From NCBI GenBank assembly GCA_963663385.2, contig CAXXXD010000004.1, positions 704,001-768,000 of the forward strand: DNA of 64,000 nucleotides, read 5' to 3'. This DNA comes from Oceanispirochaeta sp. Its GTDB lineage: Bacteria; Spirochaetota; Spirochaetia; DSM-2461. Position numbers and translations under genes: made by a program. The notes under the pieces are model-generated. The model saw only the letters and a program-made list of their open reading frames with translations, made no database searches and was not told where the DNA came from. This document shows positions 57,319 through 64,000 of the stretch, piece by piece. Position 1 is the first letter of the stretch, and the number at the start of each line of letters is the position of its first letter.

Positions 57319-59036
57319 TGAAACGATCAGGATTGACAGGTCCCTTTTTTCTTTCAGTATTACTATTATTGCTTTTCTCCTGTGAAGACGTATTCCGGGA
57401 AAATCTTGAATCCAAGGTTAAGCTGGCGACGGAAGCCCTTGATACGCCTGAGGTTTCGGGGCCGGATTCCACCAGTAACAGTAAACCCACATGGGAGTGG
57501 ACTGTTCCGGACGGAACGGTTAACTTCCGCTATCAGCTTGATGGAACAGAGGGCAGCTGGACGGAGACCAGCGGTAATCAGGCTACTTCCCATACACCAT
57601 CAATAGAGTTGGAAGAGGGAGAACACACCTTTTATGTTCAGGCATTGGGCCCTTCGGGGAAATGGTCCGGATCGGGCAGTAAAACAACCTTGATTGATTT
57701 ATCCGCTCCCACTGTCTCGGCGGGTGAAGATATCCCCTGGACGAATACGGCGGTAACCCTTGCAGGGACAAGCGGCGACACTATGGGAATTACCTCTTTG
57801 TGGGAAGTGGTTCCGGAGAATCCCGGGATTGTTTTTTCAGATGCATCGAGTCTGACCTCCACTGTGGAAGGCCCTGCGGATACGGAAGGATCCTATACGC
57901 TGAAGCTGACCTGTACGGATGCACTGGGGCACTATGCCACCGATGAAGTTATACTTAACTGGGATGCGAAAGCTCCTGTTCCCGGAAACGAGGGAGTTCT
58001 TACCTTTTCTGATGAGACAATTGACAGCCTTACATTGAACTGGACAGCTGCGGGTGATCTGAATAAAGCTGCAATGGAGCTGGAATACAAAATTATCGGA
58101 TCCGACTCTATTAACCACCTGAATACTCTAACAGATTGCCAAACCACGGGAGACGGGCGGTTTACCGTAACAGACTGGACCGCCGGGATTACTTCCGCGA
58201 AAGCGGTGGGATTGAATCCGGCGGGGACTTATTACTTCAATATTCTTGTGAGGGATACTTTAAAACAGGAAAGCCTTTATAGCAAAAAAAAAATTACTTT
58301 GGATCCTGTGCCGCAGAATGTATCGGTACTGCTTCAGCCTTCGGGGAAATTGAAAATCAGCTGGTCTGCTGTTATTGGAGCCGATTGGTATCGGGTTTAC
58401 CGTTCTGATTCGAAAGATGGCGCATATACTCAGATCGGCAGTGATTTTACTGGTGTTGATTATCCGGATGAGGTATGTCCCTCTTCCCATCTCTATTGGT
58501 ACAAGGTCAGTGCGTTTAAAGACGGGTTTGAATCAGATAAGAGTTATGCCTCCTCGGGAGGCCTTTTCTCTGTTCTTCATGCCGGGCCAGCTGGTGGAAC
58601 TATTATCTATGTTGACAATACAGACTCCTATCCAGGATGGACGTACCTTGAAATGGCACCGGAGAATCAATGTTCAATCTGCTGGGACGAAAATTTACCA
58701 GATGATTTTATTTATACCGGTGCTTCCGGAACTGCTATAGGAACAGGCGCTGATAACACGGATGCTATCGTTTTAAAAATGGGAGAAGGGAACTATGCGG
58801 CACAAGTCTGTGCTGATCTTGTTCTGGGGGAGTATGATGACTGGTTTCTTCCTTCGAAAGATGAGCTGAACTTGATGCATGATATTGCAAAAACGTATTC
58901 TTTCACTGCGGGGGAATATTGGAGTTCATCAGAATTGGATAGGTCATTTGCCTATTATCAAAATGTAGATAGTGGTTATCAGGATAAGGATGGAAAGCTT
59001 TTTTACAAATATGTACGAGCCGTTCGGGCATTTTAG
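57318..59036 (+). CDS. Lipoprotein with Ig-like/FN3 domains and C-terminal DUF1566 (Lcl-type) domain
   Basis: Lipobox LLFSC; FN3-like LNWTAA and ISWSAV...YRVYRS; GPAGG, DWFLPSKDEL, YWSSSE, VRAVRAF. Confidence 0.8.
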   Translation: MKRSGLTGPFFLSVLLLLLFSCEDVFRENLESKVKLATEALDTPEVSGPDSTSNSKPTWEWTVPDGTVNFRYQLDGTEGSWTETSGNQATSHTPSIELEEGEHTFYVQALGPSGKWSGSGSKTTLIDLSAPTVSAGEDIPWTNTAVTLAGTSGDTMGITSLWEVVPENPGIVFSDASSLTSTVEGPADTEGSYTLKLTCTDALGHYATDEVILNWDAKAPVPGNEGVLTFSDETIDSLTLNWTAAGDLNKAAMELEYKIIGSDSINHLNTLTDCQTTGDGRFTVTDWTAGITSAKAVGLNPAGTYYFNILVRDTLKQESLYSKKKITLDPVPQNVSVLLQPSGKLKISWSAVIGADWYRVYRSDSKDGAYTQIGSDFTGVDYPDEVCPSSHLYWYKVSAFKDGFESDKSYASSGGLFSVLHAGPAGGTIIYVDNTDSYPGWTYLEMAPENQCSICWDENLPDDFIYTGASGTAIGTGADNTDAIVLKMGEGNYAAQVCADLVLGEYDDWFLPSKDELNLMHDIAKTYSFTAGEYWSSSELDRSFAYYQNVDSGYQDKDGKLFYKYVRAVRAF

Positions 59037-59246
59037 CATTTCTCCCTTTGTTAACAGACAGGGATCAGGTGATTCTCCCGGTCAGGTCCGATGATAAACA
59101 ACAGCTGGAGGGGATGGGGGAACTGAAGCCCTTTTAGTGCTTTACTATTAGAAACAGTTTAACAGGAGCACTATAAAGAACGCCGTATATTGTCGGAATG
59201 TTTTCTCATTGGAATATACGAATCGGAGAAAATACGTATTTTAAAC

Positions 59247-59300
59247 TTGACAACAGCAAAAAATATGTTAATCTGAAAACGTTACCGGTAACGTTGCCGG
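59247..59300 (+). promoter_or_regulatory. Promoter with tandem LacI operators
   Basis: TTGACA-16-TAATCT; 18-bp palindrome AACGTTACCGGTAACGTT at 59278-59295. Confidence 0.75.
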
Positions 59301-59315
59301 AAAGATGGAGTGCCA

Positions 59316-60326
59316 ATGGCGACTATTAAGGACATAGCGAAAAAAGCCAATGTATCAGTTTCTACGGTTTCCCGGGTTCTGAATAGCAAGCCCGATGTAA
59401 AAGCTGAGACAAAGGAAAAAATTGACAGAGCTATTGCAGAACTCGGATTCAGTCCAAGCACCGTTGCCAGGGGACTCGTTCTTAAAAAATCCAATATCAT
59501 CGGTTTTATTGTTCCCGACATAGCCAATCCCAGTTTTCCCGAGTTGGCGAGAGGCGTGGTGAACCGCGCCAGAACTTTGGGGTATTCGGTTATGTTTTTT
59601 GATACGAACCACGACAACCGGGTCGAGGTGGAAGCATTGAATTTAATGCAGGGAAAGCATGTGGACGGTATAATCCTCTCCTTTGATGAAGCGAACAGGG
59701 AGGAGCTGAAAAAACTCAAGGAAGAGCAGTTTCCTGTTGTCCAGATTTACCGGAAATCTTCAGAAAATTCAATTTCGACTGTTGCACTGGATAATGAATA
59801 TGCCGGAGAGATGGCTACGCATTACCTGATTCAAAAGGGGCACAAAAGGATAGGGCTTATCTCTACGGGGGAACGGACTCAATCCGGTTACGAGCGGATG
59901 AAGGGTTACAGAAAAGCCCTTGAAGAGGCGGGGATCTCGCCGGATGAGAAACTCATTCAGGTGGGCAAAAATGATGCCGAATCGGGAAAAGCCTGTATGG
60001 ATTCCCTGCTGCAGCTGGATCCCGCGCCAACAGCTGTCTTTGTCATTCATGACCTGATGGCCGTAGGCGCTTATGAGTCGATTTATGATAAAGGTCTGTC
60101 CATTCCCGGTGATATTTCGATTGTCGGTCATGATAATATCGATTTTTCCAGTTATCTTCGTCCGAAACTGACCACTATCGATACCCATAAATTCCATCTG
60201 GGAGAGATTGGTGTCGATCTACTTGTCGAGGAGATTGATGCGGAAAAGCCCCTCAACCGGGAGGCCGTCATTCAGGCGGAGCTGATTGAGAGGGAGTCTG
60301 TCAGGGATTTATTAAAAACAAGGTAA
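59316..60326 (+). CDS. LacI family regulator
   Basis: TIKDIAKKANVSVSTVSRVLN, PTAVFVIHDLMA, DISIVGHDN. Confidence 0.95.
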   Translation: MATIKDIAKKANVSVSTVSRVLNSKPDVKAETKEKIDRAIAELGFSPSTVARGLVLKKSNIIGFIVPDIANPSFPELARGVVNRARTLGYSVMFFDTNHDNRVEVEALNLMQGKHVDGIILSFDEANREELKKLKEEQFPVVQIYRKSSENSISTVALDNEYAGEMATHYLIQKGHKRIGLISTGERTQSGYERMKGYRKALEEAGISPDEKLIQVGKNDAESGKACMDSLLQLDPAPTAVFVIHDLMAVGAYESIYDKGLSIPGDISIVGHDNIDFSSYLRPKLTTIDTHKFHLGEIGVDLLVEEIDAEKPLNREAVIQAELIERESVRDLLKTR

Positions 60327-60344
60327 AAGAATTATTTTACAATT

Positions 60345-60376
60345 TTCCGGTAACGTTACCGAGAACGTTACCGGAA
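60345..60376. promoter_or_regulatory. Second tandem LacI operator
   Basis: TTCCGGTAACGTTACCGAGAACGTTACCGGAA; AACGTT cores 12 bp apart, as at 59278. Confidence 0.75.
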
Positions 60377-60400
60377 GAAAGTGGATGAATAGGAGTCATT

Positions 60401-61411
60401 GTGAGTATAAAAGAAGAAATCAGCAGAGAGTTTAATAGTCCCGATGCGGTGGAATTCGCCGGCAGAGCCATTGCGGCTATGGTCGCTCTGGGAATCGGCG
60501 ATGCGGCCGGGGATCTGGGGCGGGACGATGATGTCCGTCAGAAATATGGGATTCTCACGACCTTGCTGCCTGAGGGGAAAAGCACGGATGATACGGAATT
60601 TACCGTCCTTACAGCCAGAAGTATTCTTGATTGCCCCGGTGAGTATACCAATGAATTTGTTGCGGAAACATGGAGAAAACTGGTGCTTGCCGATGGCGGA
60701 GCCAGAGAAAGAGGCGGCATGCCTTTATACGGTGCTCTCAACAATCTTTCCAGGGGAGTGAATCCTCCCCTTTCCGGCCGGGATAATGTATTTAATGTGG
60801 ATGACGGTGCGGCGATGAGGGCAGTTCCCTTCGGTATCGTCGGAAACGGGGATACCGGCAAAGCGGCGGAAATGGCCGCTGTTGATGCGTCTGTCAGTCA
60901 TGATAAAGACGGCATATGGGCGGCGCAGGCCATTGCGGCAAGCATTACTGTGGCATTGAAGGGCGGGGCTGTCGACGCTGTTATCGAAGCGGGACGCAAG
61001 TATATACCGGAAGACAGCTGGCTGGGACGCAGAATGGATCAGACATTCAAGATGCTGGATGAAACAGAAGATCCCGACGAAGCTTATGAACTGCTGCACA
61101 CCCTTCTCTGGACACCTAAACACTCATCGGCTCCCGAAGCTGTCCCCCAGATTTACGGGCTTTATAAAATGAGCGGCGGCAGTTTTAAAAAAGGATTCAA
61201 ACTGTCAGCGAATTTCGGCAGGGATGCCGATACGATCTGTGCTCTGGTTCTGGCTCTCTGTGCCGCCGGTGAGGGATTGGATGTTATCCCCGAGGAATGG
61301 ATTGAACAGGTGCGGACGCCCGCCGGTGTCTGCCTCCGCTTCGCCGCCGGTGAGGATATGGTGGAACTTGGGAAAAAACTTGTTTCCCATGCGCTTCGAC
61401 AAGCAGGTTGA
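60401..61411 (+). CDS. ADP-ribosylglycohydrolase family protein
   Basis: GDAAG, STDDTE, DGAAMRA, GRDADT; GTG start with AGGAG RBS. Confidence 0.9.
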   Translation: MSIKEEISREFNSPDAVEFAGRAIAAMVALGIGDAAGDLGRDDDVRQKYGILTTLLPEGKSTDDTEFTVLTARSILDCPGEYTNEFVAETWRKLVLADGGARERGGMPLYGALNNLSRGVNPPLSGRDNVFNVDDGAAMRAVPFGIVGNGDTGKAAEMAAVDASVSHDKDGIWAAQAIAASITVALKGGAVDAVIEAGRKYIPEDSWLGRRMDQTFKMLDETEDPDEAYELLHTLLWTPKHSSAPEAVPQIYGLYKMSGGSFKKGFKLSANFGRDADTICALVLALCAAGEGLDVIPEEWIEQVRTPAGVCLRFAAGEDMVELGKKLVSHALRQAG

Positions 61412-61414
61412 TCT

Positions 61415-62317
61415 ATGAAAAAACAGCAGCTGAAGAAAAGGATATACCGGGACCGGGCGCTGTATCTCATGTTTATTCCCGTTCTGCTCTATTATGTGAT
61501 TTGGCACTACGTTCCCATGTGGGGAGCCAGAATCGCGTTTCAGAATGTCAGATACATCGGCCCCAATGAGTGGGCCGGGCTTAAACATTTCAGGATGCTC
61601 TTTTCTTCCCCGGTTTTTCTGAATGTCTTCAAGAACACCGTCATTATCAGTTCCATGAAGATTTTCATCTTCTTTCCCATGCCGATTATCCTGGCTTTCC
61701 TGTTCAATGAAGTCAGAAGCGTTAATTACAGGAAGGCCGTGCAGAGTGTAATCTACCTGCCCCATTTCTTTTCATGGGTCGTCATTGCCGGGATTTTCAT
61801 TTCACTTCTCTCTTCGCCGGACGGAGTCGTCAATGTTATTTTGAACTTCTTCAATCGGGAGCCTGTCTCTTTTATGACATCCACAAAGCATATACGGTGG
61901 GTGCTTGTCTTTTCGGAAATCTGGAGGAGTATCGGATGGGATTCCATTCTATATATTGCGGCTATCAATTCCATCTCTCCCACGCTCTACGAAGCGGCAA
62001 CGATTGACGGAGCTTCCAAATTCCAGCAGGCATTGCGAATTACCTTTCCGGCCATTGTTCCGACTATCATAACGGTTTTCATCCTCAATCTGGGGTTTTT
62101 TATGAATGCCGGTTTTGACCAGGTCTTCAATATGATGAACGATGCGATCATTAACCATATCGATATCATAGACACCTATGTGTACCGCATCGGACTGGCC
62201 AAGGGGAATTTCTCCCTGGGTACGGCAGCGGGACTGTTTAAGGGGATCATCGGCCTTTTTCTCATATTGACGACCGACAGGCTGAGCAGAAAAGCAACGG
62301 GCGAGGGGGTCTGGTAA
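61415..62317 (+). CDS. Carbohydrate ABC permease (LplB/YteP-like)
   Basis: YLPHFFSWVV, LYEAATIDGA, IDTYVYRIGL. Confidence 0.93.
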   Translation: MKKQQLKKRIYRDRALYLMFIPVLLYYVIWHYVPMWGARIAFQNVRYIGPNEWAGLKHFRMLFSSPVFLNVFKNTVIISSMKIFIFFPMPIILAFLFNEVRSVNYRKAVQSVIYLPHFFSWVVIAGIFISLLSSPDGVVNVILNFFNREPVSFMTSTKHIRWVLVFSEIWRSIGWDSILYIAAINSISPTLYEAATIDGASKFQQALRITFPAIVPTIITVFILNLGFFMNAGFDQVFNMMNDAIINHIDIIDTYVYRIGLAKGNFSLGTAAGLFKGIIGLFLILTTDRLSRKATGEGVW

Positions 62318-63201
62318 TGGTTGTGGAAAAAAAGAGTCCGGGGAACGGGATAATCTGTGTGCTGCTCTTTCTGCTAGCCCTGATCATGGTGTATCCCATT
62401 TACAATCAACTTGTCATCTCCCTGACGGGACCGGAGTATATCGCCGCAGCCGACGGGACGACACTTATACCTCACGGGTTCACTCTTAATACATATAAAA
62501 ATGTTCTCTCTATAGGAAAAGTTTATAGAGGGCTGCTCAACAGTATACTCATCACATCCGCAGGGCTGTTTATCAACATCGTTCTGACAAGTATAGGCGC
62601 CTATGTCCTGACAAAAAGAGATCTGCCGGGAAGACAGATTTTTATCACACTGATTATAATCACTATGATAATAGAAGGGGGGCTGATTCCCGATTATTTC
62701 CTGATGAAGGACCTCCATCTACTCAACACCTACTGGTCGGTCATCCTTTATAAGGCTGTGAATCCCTACTATCTGATTATCCTGATGCGCTTTTTTGACA
62801 AAGTACCGAAATCTCTGATTGAAGCGGCCAGAATCGACGGGTATGGAGAGACCAGGATTCTGTTCAAGATCGTCATGCCCATCAGTGTGGCGGGACTGGC
62901 GACGATCAGTCTGTTCTATGGTGTTTTTCACTGGAATGAATATTTCAGAGCCATGATATACCTGACCGATGAGTGGAAAGTTCCGCTGCAGGTCGTTGTC
63001 AGGGAACTGGTTATTGCAGGAGAAAAAGCCAGTTTTATCGGAGCTACGAATTATTTCAATGTGGAGGGAGCGGCGACTATCGACTTCAAGGCTCTTAAAG
63101 CCGCCCTTATCATTCTTGTTATTTTACCAATTCTTCTGTTTTACCCCTTTGTACTGAAATATTTTGTCAAAGGTAAGCTGGAAGGTTCGGTTAAGGAATA
63201 G
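62317..63201 (+). CDS. Carbohydrate ABC permease (LplC/YtcP-like)
   Basis: GGLIPDY, LIEAARIDG, HWNEYF, YPFVLKYFVKG. Confidence 0.93.
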   Translation: MVVEKKSPGNGIICVLLFLLALIMVYPIYNQLVISLTGPEYIAAADGTTLIPHGFTLNTYKNVLSIGKVYRGLLNSILITSAGLFINIVLTSIGAYVLTKRDLPGRQIFITLIIITMIIEGGLIPDYFLMKDLHLLNTYWSVILYKAVNPYYLIILMRFFDKVPKSLIEAARIDGYGETRILFKIVMPISVAGLATISLFYGVFHWNEYFRAMIYLTDEWKVPLQVVVRELVIAGEKASFIGATNYFNVEGAATIDFKALKAALIILVILPILLFYPFVLKYFVKGKLEGSVKE

Positions 63202-63233
63202 ATTTTGTTTTTAATGTTTCTAAGGAGGATTAC

Positions 63234-64000
63234 ATGAAACGATTTTCACTGACAATTCTGGGTGTATTGCTTATGGTATCTCTGGGATTCGCTAACGGAC
63301 AGAAAGATGAAGCGGCACCGTCTGACTCAACTCAGACCATCAGGATGGTTCTGAAGGATTTTTCGCCTTCCGAGGAAGTCAATGCCCGGTTTCTGAAGAA
63401 TGTGGAAGCCGGGTTTGAAACCTGGTCCGGTAAAAAGATCCATATTGAGGCCGTTCAGATGCCGGAAGGGGCCTATGCCGAAAAACTGAATCTTATGCTG
63501 CTCGGGGGAGATATCCCCGATCTTATCTATTTCCAGGGAGGAGACGAAGTCATATCCAATCAGGGGCTCCTGGTTAATTTGAATGACTATGCCAAATCAT
63601 CCGAGGTCATGAATAAAGCCATGATGGATTTTAACCGGGACCGTCTGGCCAATTATCCCTACATCCTCTGGATCGCACCGCCAAGGGCGAGAACCGCTGT
63701 AATCAGAGAGGACTGGTTTGCAGAGGCGGGAGGAAAAATTCCCGTTACGATTGATGATTACTACAACCTGTTTAAAACTGTAAAAGCCAATCACCCCGAT
63801 GTCGCCGTTATGACCGATACGGGGAACACGACGAGAATGGACTATACATTCAATCAGGCATTCGGTGTCAGTGCCACCTGGATCAGGCAGGGAAACTCCT
63901 ATGTTTACTGCAAAGTTTCAGAAGGAGAAAAAGATAAACTGGCCTTTTACCAGAAGCTCTACCGGGAAGGCCTCTTTGACAGGGATTATGTCACAACCGC
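63234..64000 (+). CDS. Extracellular solute-binding protein (3' end outside the window)
   Basis: AAGGAGG RBS; MKRFSLTILGVLLMVSLGFANG...YAEKLNLMLLGGDIPDLI...IREDW...PVTIDDYY; open to the window end. Confidence 0.88.
   Translation, partial: MKRFSLTILGVLLMVSLGFANGQKDEAAPSDSTQTIRMVLKDFSPSEEVNARFLKNVEAGFETWSGKKIHIEAVQMPEGAYAEKLNLMLLGGDIPDLIYFQGGDEVISNQGLLVNLNDYAKSSEVMNKAMMDFNRDRLANYPYILWIAPPRARTAVIREDWFAEAGGKIPVTIDDYYNLFKTVKANHPDVAVMTDTGNTTRMDYTFNQAFGVSATWIRQGNSYVYCKVSEGEKDKLAFYQKLYREGLFDRDYVTT

Noticed and set aside
59037..59245. DGR template repeat or sRNA downstream of the lipoprotein gene
   Set aside because: No similarity to the gene's 3' end and no AAC-rich tract; only a weak TAGTGCT/AGCACTA inverted repeat.

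Overview
Gene-dense bacterial chromosome segment, most likely from a free-living spirochaete (Spirochaetaceae-like). The basis is solute-binding proteins with MKK...FAGG/FANG signal peptides, an HTH-EIIA fusion and a transglutaminase-TPR protein. No rRNA, tRNA, CRISPR, transposase or phage genes were seen. Two systems stand out. (1) 1-3965: an arabinose-type binding protein (AraF-like) is divergent from a sigma-54 NtrC-type regulator and a soluble histidine kinase whose input is a degenerate sugar-ABC ATPase domain; a candidate -24/-12 promoter and enhancer palindromes lie between them. (2) About 8.8-33.7 kb: a dispersed regulon tied together by a TTTCATATGAAA-like operator repeated at 21-22 bp spacing. 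It comprises a YciT-like DeoR repressor, a Gfo/Idh/MocA oxidoreductase, two ABC importers, two ROK kinases that both lack the anomeric-OH-binding Glu, an RmlD-like SDR and a PflD-like glycyl radical enzyme with its activase. This looks like an ABC/kinase-fed variant of radical 1,5-anhydro-alditol catabolism, and it is interrupted by an independent LacI/rhaM sugar cassette. The rest holds PAS kinases, RNase D, a cysteine desulfidase-like gene, a pan/coa operon with an internally deleted panG-like gene and a pan-motif-like leader, glgA, tandem GntP permeases, a transglutaminase-TPR/DUF1566-lipoprotein pair and a LacI/ADP-ribosylglycohydrolase/ABC operon. All family assignments come from motif recognition by eye, not from database searches.
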